Assembly (NCBI GenBank): GCA_963783385.1
Contig: CAWANJ010000001.1
Location: 96,001-160,000 of the forward strand
Direction of reading: 5' to 3'
Origin: an uncultured Gemmatimonadales bacterium
GTDB lineage: Bacteria > Gemmatimonadota > Gemmatimonadetes > Palauibacterales > Palauibacteraceae
Length of the DNA: 64,000 nucleotides
Made by a program: the position numbers and the translations under genes
Notes under the pieces: generated by a model
What the model was told of the DNA's origin: nothing
Database searches by the model: none
What the model saw: only the letters and a program-made list of their open reading frames with translations
Part shown: positions 18,887-27,450 of the stretch, piece by piece
Numbering within the stretch: the stretch's first letter is position 1
Layout: every line of letters starts with the position of its first letter

Positions 18887-21708
18887 GCGTCCTCCTCGTC
18901 GTCGGACCCGGGCTCCTCGTCCTCACCGGGCACGAGGCGGCCACGGCCCAGCAGCCCTCCAAAGGGGCTGTAGCGATCCACCGGCTCCTCCACTCGATAC
19001 TCGATCCGCCCGGAGCGCAGGAGGCGGATGCACGCACGCGCCGCCTCGTCCGCGTCGGCCAGGTCGTCGGCCGTCCACCCGGCCAGCGCGTCGGCGGTCT
19101 CCCGGCGCGAGAGGTTGACGTACCCGAGCCGCAGAATCGCGCCCCCTCCAGCCGGCTCCTCCGGAAGCGCTCCCGCCTCAGCCAGTCCCGGCAGCAGGTG
19201 GCGGTAGAGCGGCAGCTGCAGATCCCTCCAGGCCCCGTCACGGCGGCAATGCGCCTGCTCGGGCTTCCGGGCCCGGGCCGACGTCTTGTAGTCGAGCACG
19301 GCCCACTCCCCGGTGCGCGCATTGCGGTCGATCCGGTCGATCCGGCCGGTCAGCATCATCGGCTGGTCGTCGACCAGGAAAGGCACTCCGGCCTTCGGGG
19401 TGTCGAGCTCGACGGCCATCGTCTCCCAGCCCTCCCGAAGCCAGGCCACCTGCCACTCCGCGAAGCCCCGGAGCCGGTGCCGCAGCTGCTCGACCTGGAG
19501 CTGCACGGCCGGCAGGGCCGCCCCCCCGAACCTGTCGAAGACGGCGCCATCCAGGAACGCGTCCAGGGCGCGGCCGACCACCTCCGGATCCGTGGAGCGC
19601 GCGGCCTCGCTGGTCCCGAAGCGGCGCAGGACCCGGTGCGCGAGCTCCCCGAACAAGAGCGCGTCCATCTCCCGGGCGCGGTCGTCCACCTCCCGGAGCG
19701 CCAGGAGATGCCCGAGCGCATACTGGTACGGGCGCTCCAGCAGGAGCCGGAAGGCCGTCACCGGCAGGGTGGGCGGCATGGGCCGGACCTGGATCGCCGG
19801 CTCCGGCGGGAGCCGGAAGGAACTCCGCTCCGCGGCCGTCGCGCCCGGCCGAGGCAGGCGCGCCCGTCGTGCGGGCACGTCCTCGAACAGTCGCTCCACG
19901 CGCCGCGCCAGGCGGTCCCCCTCCGTGGCCAGGAGGAGACGGCTCGGCCGCAGGGGGTCTCCGTCAGCCGTCCTGCGGCCGGCCACCACGCGGACCTCCT
20001 CCCGCGAGGCCAGCATGGCGGACAGGAGGTAGACATCGCGCGCGTGGCGCCGGGCGTCGTCCATCAGGCCGAGCCGGGTCCGCAGCGCGTCCGGCAGGAA
20101 GAGGTCCGAGTGCACCGAGCCGGGCACGTGGGCCTCGTCCAGGCCCGTCAGGACCAGGACCGGTGCGTCGTCCAGGTGCAGCTCGAGCCAGCCGAGCAGC
20201 TCGACGGCCGAGCGGTCGGGCATCGGAGGTACGGCGTCGGCGCGCAGGTCGGCCAGCAAGACCCGGATCGCGGCCGCCGCGTCGCAGGATCCATCGAGAT
20301 CGGGATGGAGACTCCCCAACGCGGAGGCCGCGTCGCGGACAGCCTCGCAGGCCTCCACGAGCCGGCGATCCGCGGGCCGCGAGCGGTCCAGAGGACGTCC
20401 GCCATACACGCGCGCCAGGAGTGCCACGATCTCGGGCATCCACTCCGACACCGCCCGGCGGCCCCGGAGTCGGCCCAGACCGAGCTCACGGTCCAGGGCC
20501 TCGGCGACGTCGGCCAGTCCCTCCGCCCGCGCGCTCGCGCCCGCTCCGCGACCGCCGACGCGGGCGGGAAGCCGCTCCGCGAAGGCCCTGTCGGAGACCT
20601 CCAGCGCTCCGGGGAGCTCCAGCCGCGCCTCGACGTCGGGGTGTCGCAGGAGGGCGGCGAAGGCCGGGTAGCGGCGCTCCTCCACGTAGTCCGCCACCGC
20701 CTGCAGGAGCCGATACGGGTCCGTGCGCGGCAGCGGTGTGCCGGCCGCACTGCGGTGCGGCACCCCGTAGGCCCCGAGCCGCTGCTCGAGGTAGGGGACG
20801 AGCTCCGGGTCCGGCACCCCGATCGTGACCTGGTCGGGGGCGCGGGCGGCGCCCGGACCGGACAGCGCCCGCACGACCTCGTCGGCCTGCTCCGGCGGCC
20901 GGCCGGCCACGTGCAGCGCCTCGTCGGAGAGGTCGACGGTGCGGTCTTCCCAGGCGGCCGACTCGACGCAGCCCAGCGCGTCGAACGCGTCGGCCAGCGC
21001 CTCCGGAGCGTGGACGAGGGCGGTCACAGGGGTCTCCAGGCCCTCGAGCATGGCCCGCGTGACCTTCGGGAGCTCGACAACGCCCACCAGGAAGAGGTCC
21101 CGGTCCAGCTCGACCCGCTCCTCCCGGACGGCACGCCAACGCTCCTGCTCGCGGTCCGACGACCCGAGCGAGTCCAGGAGGCGTTCGTAGGCCCGTCCGG
21201 CGTCGGCGAGCACGCTCCACCGTCCACTGTCATCGAAGCCCGTTCCGTGCCGGAAGGCACGCGCCACGTCCTCGAAGCCGAGGCCTTCACCGGCAAGCTC
21301 CACGTAGAGCGCCTGGACGCGCCGCGCGAGCTCGGTCCAGCCCGGCAGGTCGTCAGCGTCGGGCGCTCGCGGAAACACCGCCTCGCGACGTTCCGAAGCC
21401 AGCTCCCGAAGGGCTCGGGTCCAGGCCGCGCGGCTCTCGGCCGAGCTCGCCGGATGCCGGACGGGCCGGTAGAGCCGCTCCGGCAGGTGCCCGACCGTCA
21501 CCGTGTCCGGAGGCGTCAGCACAAGCCCGCGGGCGTCGGCCTCCTGTATGAGACGCTCGACGAGACGGCGTCCAGCGCGCGCGGCCGGGAGCGCGACGAG
21601 CACGCGCCCGAGGTCGAGCGAGCCCGGTTCCGCGTAGCGCTCGGCCAGCACACGGCCCGCCACCGGCAGCGCCGGCTCGTGCCAGGGGAGGAACGTGGGC
21701 GGGATCAT
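18883..21708 (-). CDS. addB: AddB-like protein (inactive helicase region plus PD-(D/E)XK nuclease)
   Basis: C-terminal GRIDRIDRN...LDYKT...LQLPLY; its stop overlaps the addA start. Confidence 0.85.
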   Translation of the reverse strand: MIPPTFLPWHEPALPVAGRVLAERYAEPGSLDLGRVLVALPAARAGRRLVERLIQEADARGLVLTPPDTVTVGHLPERLYRPVRHPASSAESRAAWTRALRELASERREAVFPRAPDADDLPGWTELARRVQALYVELAGEGLGFEDVARAFRHGTGFDDSGRWSVLADAGRAYERLLDSLGSSDREQERWRAVREERVELDRDLFLVGVVELPKVTRAMLEGLETPVTALVHAPEALADAFDALGCVESAAWEDRTVDLSDEALHVAGRPPEQADEVVRALSGPGAARAPDQVTIGVPDPELVPYLEQRLGAYGVPHRSAAGTPLPRTDPYRLLQAVADYVEERRYPAFAALLRHPDVEARLELPGALEVSDRAFAERLPARVGGRGAGASARAEGLADVAEALDRELGLGRLRGRRAVSEWMPEIVALLARVYGGRPLDRSRPADRRLVEACEAVRDAASALGSLHPDLDGSCDAAAAIRVLLADLRADAVPPMPDRSAVELLGWLELHLDDAPVLVLTGLDEAHVPGSVHSDLFLPDALRTRLGLMDDARRHARDVYLLSAMLASREEVRVVAGRRTADGDPLRPSRLLLATEGDRLARRVERLFEDVPARRARLPRPGATAAERSSFRLPPEPAIQVRPMPPTLPVTAFRLLLERPYQYALGHLLALREVDDRAREMDALLFGELAHRVLRRFGTSEAARSTDPEVVGRALDAFLDGAVFDRFGGAALPAVQLQVEQLRHRLRGFAEWQVAWLREGWETMAVELDTPKAGVPFLVDDQPMMLTGRIDRIDRNARTGEWAVLDYKTSARARKPEQAHCRRDGAWRDLQLPLYRHLLPGLAEAGALPEEPAGGGAILRLGYVNLSRRETADALAGWTADDLADADEAARACIRLLRSGRIEYRVEEPVDRYSPFGGLLGRGRLVPGEDEEPGSDDEEDA

Positions 21709-21935
21709 GGTCCGGGAATGATGCTCGCGGCACGGGGACGGGTTCTGGGTCGGCGGCCGCGACGGGCGCGGTGGGCTCGACCGGGTCTGGCTCGCCCCCA
21801 TCCTACGGAACACATCGTGCGCCCGCACCCCGGTGATCCCGCACGGTGCTCGGTGTTGTTGCACGTTGACATACAATTATGGCTGACTTGTACCCTTCCG
21901 TGCGGGGGCCTTCGACGGACACGGAGAGGACGAGC

Positions 21936-23300
21936 ATGGCCTTCGAGAGCATCAACCCGGCTACCGGCGAGCGGCTGCAGCGCTTCGACCCGACGCGCCC
22001 CGCGGACGTGGAGGCGAGCCTGGAGCGCGCGGTGGAGGCGTACCGCGCCGGGCGCGAGGACGACTACGAGGCCCGCGCCGAGAAGCTCCTGCGCGCGGCC
22101 GAGATCCTCGAGCGGGGCGCCGAGGCGTTCGGGCGCATCATGACGCTGGAGATGGGCAAGCCGATCGCCCAGGCGGTCGCGGAGGCGAAGAAGTGCGGTC
22201 TGGCCTGCCGCCACTACGCCGAGCACGGGGCGGCCTACCTGGCCGACGAGCCGGTGGACACGGACGCCCCATCCAGCTTCCTCCGCTACGAGCCGCTCGG
22301 CCCCGTGCTCGCGATCATGCCATGGAACTTCCCGTTCTGGCAGGTCATCCGCTTCGCCGCTCCCGCGATCATGGCGGGCAACGTGGGGCTCCTCAAGCAC
22401 GCGCCCAACGTCCCGCAGTGCGCGGTGGCGCTCGAGGGCATCTTCCGCAGGGCCGGATTCCGGGAGGGGACGTTCCAGAACCTGTTCCTGGAAACGGACC
22501 GGGTGGCCGACCTCATGGGCGACTCGCGGGTCCGGGCGGTGACGCTCACGGGCAGCGTGGCGGCGGGGCGGGCGGTGGCCTCCGGGGCGGGCGCCCATCT
22601 CAAGAAGACGGTGCTGGAGCTGGGCGGGAGCGATCCCTTCATCGTCATGCCGAGCGCCGACCTCGACCGGGCACTCGAGGTGGCCGTGCGCGCCCGTCTC
22701 CAGAACAACGGAGAGTCCTGCATCGCGGCCAAGCGCTTCATCGTGGCGGAAGAGATCGCCGACGCCTTCCGGGACGGCCTCGTGGAGCGGTTCGGCGCTC
22801 TCACCCTGGGCGACCCTCTGGACGAGGGCACGGACGTGGGCCCCCTGGCCCGGGAGGACCTCCGGGATCACCTGGCCGACCAGGTCCGGCGCACGGTGGA
22901 CGCGGGAGCGGAGGTCCTCCTCGGCGGCGGGATCCCGGAGCGCACCGGGTGGTTCTACGAGCCCACGGTCCTGGACAGGATTCCGGAGGCCACCCCGGCG
23001 CGGGACGAGGAGCTGTTCGGGCCAGTGGCCAGCCTGTTCCGGGCGCGGGGCGCGGAGGAGGCGCTCCGACTGGCCAACGACACTACGTTCGGCCTCGGAG
23101 CCTCGGCGTGGACGAACGACGAAGGAGAGCGCAGGTTGTTCGTCGAGGGACTCGAGGCGGGCAACGTCGCCATCAACGGAATGGTGGCCTCCGACCCGCG
23201 CATGCCCTTCGGCGGCGTCAAGGACTCGGGCTACGGCCGCGAGCTCGGCCGCGAGGGCATCCGCGAGTTCGTCAACGTCAAGAGCGTGAAGGTCCACTAG
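21936..23300 (+). CDS. NAD(P)-dependent succinate-semialdehyde dehydrogenase (ALDH family)
   Basis: [62 protein letters not shown]. Confidence 0.9.
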   Translation: MAFESINPATGERLQRFDPTRPADVEASLERAVEAYRAGREDDYEARAEKLLRAAEILERGAEAFGRIMTLEMGKPIAQAVAEAKKCGLACRHYAEHGAAYLADEPVDTDAPSSFLRYEPLGPVLAIMPWNFPFWQVIRFAAPAIMAGNVGLLKHAPNVPQCAVALEGIFRRAGFREGTFQNLFLETDRVADLMGDSRVRAVTLTGSVAAGRAVASGAGAHLKKTVLELGGSDPFIVMPSADLDRALEVAVRARLQNNGESCIAAKRFIVAEEIADAFRDGLVERFGALTLGDPLDEGTDVGPLAREDLRDHLADQVRRTVDAGAEVLLGGGIPERTGWFYEPTVLDRIPEATPARDEELFGPVASLFRARGAEEALRLANDTTFGLGASAWTNDEGERRLFVEGLEAGNVAINGMVASDPRMPFGGVKDSGYGRELGREGIREFVNVKSVKVH

Positions 23301-23350
23301 AGGCACGGACGGCCGGGGGCGACCGGCCCGACACGAGGAGCGAGACAGCC

Positions 23351-23956
23351 ATGCAGCGATCCCCTGATCCCCGGGCTCTCACGCCCGCACCCCTCCGCGC
23401 AGCCCTCCCGGCCGCGGTCGCGGCGGCCCTCGTCGTCGCCGCGGCGTGCGGAGGAGGGAGCGGAAGCTCCGAGGGCGGCTCCGCCAGGGCCGCGGACTCG
23501 GCCTTCGGCGACTGCTCGGCGGCCTCGCACTACGACAGCACGGCCATGCAGCGGCAGGCGGATGGCCTGCAGATCCAGGACTTCGCGGCGGGCAGCGGGC
23601 CCGCGGCCGTCACGGGCGACACGGTGGAGGTCCACTACACGGGCTGCCTCACGGACGGTAAGAAGTTCGACAGCAGCTACGACCGGCAGGAACCGTTCGA
23701 GTTCGTCCTCGGCACGGGAAGCGTCATTCCGGGATGGGACGAGGGCATCCAGGGCATGCGCCCGGGAGCCAAGCGGCGGCTGGTGATCCCGCCCGACCTG
23801 GCCTACGGGCCCCGGGGCGCCGGCGCGGTCATCCCGCCCAACGCGACCCTCATCTTCGACGTCCAGCTGGTGTCCGTGAACGGCGCCACCGGACAGGCGG
23901 CGGACTCCGCCTCCGCTCCGGGCACGTCGAGCGGAGACACGGCGGCGGGCTCCTGA
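23351..23956 (+). CDS. FKBP-type peptidyl-prolyl isomerase, lipoprotein
   Basis: Lipobox AAAC; [41 protein letters not shown]. Confidence 0.93.
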   Translation: MQRSPDPRALTPAPLRAALPAAVAAALVVAAACGGGSGSSEGGSARAADSAFGDCSAASHYDSTAMQRQADGLQIQDFAAGSGPAAVTGDTVEVHYTGCLTDGKKFDSSYDRQEPFEFVLGTGSVIPGWDEGIQGMRPGAKRRLVIPPDLAYGPRGAGAVIPPNATLIFDVQLVSVNGATGQAADSASAPGTSSGDTAAGS

Positions 23957-24020
23957 GAGAGGCGCCGCTCCGTGGCGCCGCTCCGCGGGGCGTGCGCCTC
24001 GGATGGGGCGCCGCTCCCGT

Positions 24021-24416
24021 TCAGCGGATCATGACGTAGGACTGGGACACCGGGCTCAGGACCCGGAGTCGGATCTGGTCCCCGGGCCGGGGGAACAGCT
24101 CCTGTGAGACGTACTGCCCCGCGCCGCCCGTGATCAGGTTGGCGATGAGCCGGATGCCCCCGCTCCCGATGATCAGGGACTGGGGCACCACGTAGCTGGC
24201 GCTGTCCTGGACTGCCAGGACTCCCAGCGAGTGGGTCAGCGTCTCGTGGGCCACGTACACGTGTACGGCCGATACGCCCTGATTGTAGACCCACACGCTG
24301 ACCGGGTCCGGCGCCCCCCTGGACTGTTTGGACAGGGTGGCGCACGCCCCCGAGGCCAGCGCCAGCACCACGAGCCCGCCCAGCCACCGCCGGGCGCGGA
24401 CCGCCGAGGGCCTCAC
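24021..24416 (-). CDS. Hypothetical small lipoprotein
   Basis: Signal with lipobox-like ASGAC; GTG start overlaps the OsmC stop (GTGA); paralogue of 24933..25376. Confidence 0.7.
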   Translation of the reverse strand: MRPSAVRARRWLGGLVVLALASGACATLSKQSRGAPDPVSVWVYNQGVSAVHVYVAHETLTHSLGVLAVQDSASYVVPQSLIIGSGGIRLIANLITGGAGQYVSQELFPRPGDQIRLRVLSPVSQSYVMIR

Positions 24417-24895
24417 GACCCATCTCCGGGGCCGCTCGCTTCATCCTCGATGTCGGCCGTCCAGGACACGACCACCGCGCCGCGCAGGCTCTGCGCCGTC
24501 GGGCACCTGGACTGGTGCCGATCCAGCGCACGCTCGACCCGCTCCCGCGTCCCGGCCGGGATTCGCAAGCGGTAGTGGATGCGGATCTCCGTGAGCACGG
24601 GCACGCCGTCTCGCACCTCGTTCACGCCCTCGACCTCCGCGGTGATCGCGTCGGGATCGAGCCGGACCTCGCGCACCTCCAGTGCGCCGTTGAGGGTTCC
24701 CAGCATTCACCCGCCCGCGGTGGCGACCAGGAAGTCCACGGGGAGGGGGAGGTCCTCCGCGTCGATTCCGTAGTGCTCCTTGATCGGGCCGTGCACGCCC
24801 ATGTCGAATTCGTGCCCCGTCGCCAGCCGAGCGCGGCGATGCACTCCCCGCACCTTCCGGACGGTGCACCGCGACACGTAGAAGGGGTCGGTCAT
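24413..24895 (-). CDS. OsmC/Ohr-like protein, probable selenoprotein (in-frame UGA at 24707-24709)
   Basis: ORFs 24707..24901 and 24413..24706 are in frame: PVDFLVATAGG-UGA-MLGTL...EIRIHY...ALDRHQSRCPTAQSL. The UGA aligns with the first OsmC Cys and a hairpin follows it. Start 24895 or 24901. Confidence 0.82.
24664..24700 (-). promoter_or_regulatory. Putative bacterial SECIS element
   Basis: After UGA: upper stem GCGCAC/GUGCGC with loop UGGAG at +26..+30; lower stem CCUC/GAGG and GGA/UCC with bulges. Confidence 0.65.
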
Positions 24896-24932
24896 CCTCA
24901 TCTCCCGGTTGGAATCCTGGCCGGCCCGCCCG

Positions 24933-25376
24933 TCACCGGACGCTGATCACGGACTGGCTGAGCGCGTTGTTGATCGTCCATTCGATCCGGTCTCCGGCCG
25001 ACACGAACACCGGCTCCGAGATGTACCCCTGGACGGACCCGATCGGGTCGGCGATGAGCCGCACGCTCTGATCCGATGCGAGGATCGAGCGGGGGATCAC
25101 GTACGTGGCCGTGTCCATGCTGCTCAGCTGACCCAGGGACAGGTTCTGTCCGGCGCCCATCACGTAGACGTGCACGGTGTTCCAGTTGTAGTTGCGCACG
25201 AACAGGGTCACGGGCGCGTCCCGCATGGACGTGTCGCCGGCCGCGCCCTTCCCTCCCATGCTCGCGCACCCTGCCACGACCAGCCCCGTGAGGAGCAGCA
25301 GGCCGAAACGAAGGGAGAGCCTTCGGGCCAGGCGGCGGCTACGGGCGACCGACGAGGCGAAGCGTGAGGTACCCAT
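24933..25376 (-). CDS. Hypothetical small lipoprotein
   Basis: GGAGG RBS, lipobox VAGC, PVTLFVRN...VHVYV...VRLIAD...AGDRIEW, similar to 24021..24416. Confidence 0.72.
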   Translation of the reverse strand: MGTSRFASSVARSRRLARRLSLRFGLLLLTGLVVAGCASMGGKGAAGDTSMRDAPVTLFVRNYNWNTVHVYVMGAGQNLSLGQLSSMDTATYVIPRSILASDQSVRLIADPIGSVQGYISEPVFVSAGDRIEWTINNALSQSVISVR

Positions 25377-25427
25377 GGCTTCCTCCGGCTGGGTTGGGAG
25401 GCGGCGGTGCACCGACTCCCCAGCAGG

Positions 25428-26297
25428 TCAACTTCCGTGCCCGCCGGCGCGTCCGCGTTCGGCGGATTCCAGCAGATCGAGGACCGCGTCCGGGGCGTCG
25501 ACGTTGAGCCAGTGTCCCCCCTCGACCCTGTGCAGGTGGACCCGGCCGGTGACCGCCCCGGCGGCCTCGATGCGCTCGCACGCCTCTTCCGACAGGACCG
25601 GAGACCGTGTGGCCTTCACGAAGTGCAGGTCCATCCCGGGCGGCGGCTCCTCCACGACGGCCCACAGGTCCACGTCGAAGAAATCCGCGAGGAGGGCCTC
25701 CATCCCGTCCAGGTCGAGACGCCACCGCCATCCCTCCCCGGTACGCGCGAGATTGGTGGACATCCAGCGCGCGACCGGCTTCGGGAAGCCGTGCGCGCCC
25801 AGCGCCCTCTCGGCCTCCTCTCGCGAGCCGAACGGGCCGCTCTCGGTTCTGAGCGCCTCGAGCATGCGCACGGCGCCGCCCTCGGGCTCCCGGGCGGCCG
25901 GGGTCGAGTCGATGACCCACACCGTATCCAGTCCCTTCGCCCCCGATGCATACGCCAGGGCCACCTTGCCGCCGAAGGAATGACCCAGGATGCCCGACGG
26001 GGCCCGGCCGGTGGACCGGGCGAGCCGGGCCACGTCATCCGCGCACGCCTGAATGGTATGGGGGGGCGGGAACCCCGTCGAGTCCCCGTGCAGTCGGAGG
26101 TCGACGAGGACGGCTCCCCGGCCGCCATCGGCGTCCACCCAACGGCGGGCGACCGACCTCCAGTTCCGGCCCGCTCCGAAGATGCCGTGGAGGAAATAGG
26201 TCCACCGTTCGGTACCCGGGGCTCCTGCGGCCCGCGATCCGGAGGTCGCCTCCCCTCCGGCCTCCACGAGCTCGTGGGCGAGGACCGGACCGCTCAC
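25428..26297 (-). CDS. Alpha/beta hydrolase (YbfF/ABHD11-like esterase)
   Basis: FLHGIFG.G.NW, DLRLHGDS, GHSFGGKVA, GGHWLNVDAP. Confidence 0.88.
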   Translation of the reverse strand: MSGPVLAHELVEAGGEATSGSRAAGAPGTERWTYFLHGIFGAGRNWRSVARRWVDADGGRGAVLVDLRLHGDSTGFPPPHTIQACADDVARLARSTGRAPSGILGHSFGGKVALAYASGAKGLDTVWVIDSTPAAREPEGGAVRMLEALRTESGPFGSREEAERALGAHGFPKPVARWMSTNLARTGEGWRWRLDLDGMEALLADFFDVDLWAVVEEPPPGMDLHFVKATRSPVLSEEACERIEAAGAVTGRVHLHRVEGGHWLNVDAPDAVLDLLESAERGRAGGHGS

Positions 26298-27268
26298 GGC
26301 TGTGCCCGGCGGGCGAACGGCCCCATGATCGCCTCTATACGCCCGAGCGTCTCCGGCTCGAGCTCGATCCCGGCGGCCGCCACGTCCTCCCGGACCTGCT
26401 CGGGCCGGGTGGCTCCCACGATGGCCGAGGCCACGCCCTCCTGGTGCAGGATCCAGGCGAGGGCGACCTGGGCCACGCTCAGCCCGCGCGGTTCGGCGAC
26501 CTCCGCTCGTAGCCTATCGACCGCTTCGAGGACCTCGTCGGCCAGCACCGCCCTCATGAATCGGCGGTCGTCGTCATCCGCCCCGCGGCTCCCGGACGGG
26601 GCCGCTTCGCCGGGCCGGTACTTGCCCGTGAGCGCGCCGCCGGCCAGGGGACTCCACACCACCTGGCCGAGGCCCTCGCGTCGGCAGAGCGGCAGGACGG
26701 CCTCCTCGATCCGCCGGGCCAGGAGCGAGTACTGCGGCTGGTTGCTGACCAGGGGCCGCAGCCCGAGACGCCTCCCCGCGCGCAGGGCGTCGCCGATCTG
26801 GTCGGCGCTCCACTCGCTCACCCCCGCATGCAGGACCTTGCCCCGCGCGACGAGGTCGTCCAGGGCCCGGAGCGTCTCCTCGAGCGGGACGGAGGGATCG
26901 AACCGGTGGCACTGGTACAGGTCGATGTAGTCGAGCCCGAGGCGGCGGAGAGAGGCATCGCAGCTCTCCAGAATGTGCTTGCGTGACAGACCCCGGTCGT
27001 TGGGACCGTCCCCGGTGGGGAAGAACACCTTGGTCGCCACGACCACGCTGGGGCGGGGCACCTCCCGCAGCCAGCGGCCCAGCGTCTCCTCGGCTTCTCC
27101 CCCGGCGTACGCATCCGCCGTATCGAAGAAGTTCACGCCGGCCTCGTACGCCGCCCGCAGGCAGGCGTGCGCCCTGTCGTCCTCCACGCGGCGGCCGTAG
27201 GTGAGCCAGGACCCGAGGCCGATCGCGCTCACCCTGAGCCCCGATCGCCCCAGCGTACGGTACTCCAT
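26294..27268 (-). CDS. Aldo/keto reductase (Kv-beta-like)
   Basis: MEYRTLGRSGLRVS, FFDTADAY, ATKV, SLRRL.LDYIDLYQCH, NQPQYSLL, WSPLAGG.LTGKY. Confidence 0.93.
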   Translation of the reverse strand: MEYRTLGRSGLRVSAIGLGSWLTYGRRVEDDRAHACLRAAYEAGVNFFDTADAYAGGEAEETLGRWLREVPRPSVVVATKVFFPTGDGPNDRGLSRKHILESCDASLRRLGLDYIDLYQCHRFDPSVPLEETLRALDDLVARGKVLHAGVSEWSADQIGDALRAGRRLGLRPLVSNQPQYSLLARRIEEAVLPLCRREGLGQVVWSPLAGGALTGKYRPGEAAPSGSRGADDDDRRFMRAVLADEVLEAVDRLRAEVAEPRGLSVAQVALAWILHQEGVASAIVGATRPEQVREDVAAAGIELEPETLGRIEAIMGPFARRAQP

Positions 27269-27450
27269 GTGCGCCCTCCCTCGCATTTTTCGAAACCTGG
27301 TTCGGCCGCGGGAGTCTCGTGCCCCTGCACCATCCGTGCGCCCGCTTTCGGACGCCAGCCGGCGTCGCTATCGTGGGCGGCCATTCCCCTGGAGACGTCC
27401 CGGACAGCCGCCGGGCACACGGGGGAGCTCGGCTCGCGACCGGGAGAGCC

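Noticed and set aside
15605-21708. Helicase-nuclease pair as a possible anti-phage defence system
   Set aside because: Architecture and gene order match housekeeping AddAB, and there is no defence-island or mobile-element context.
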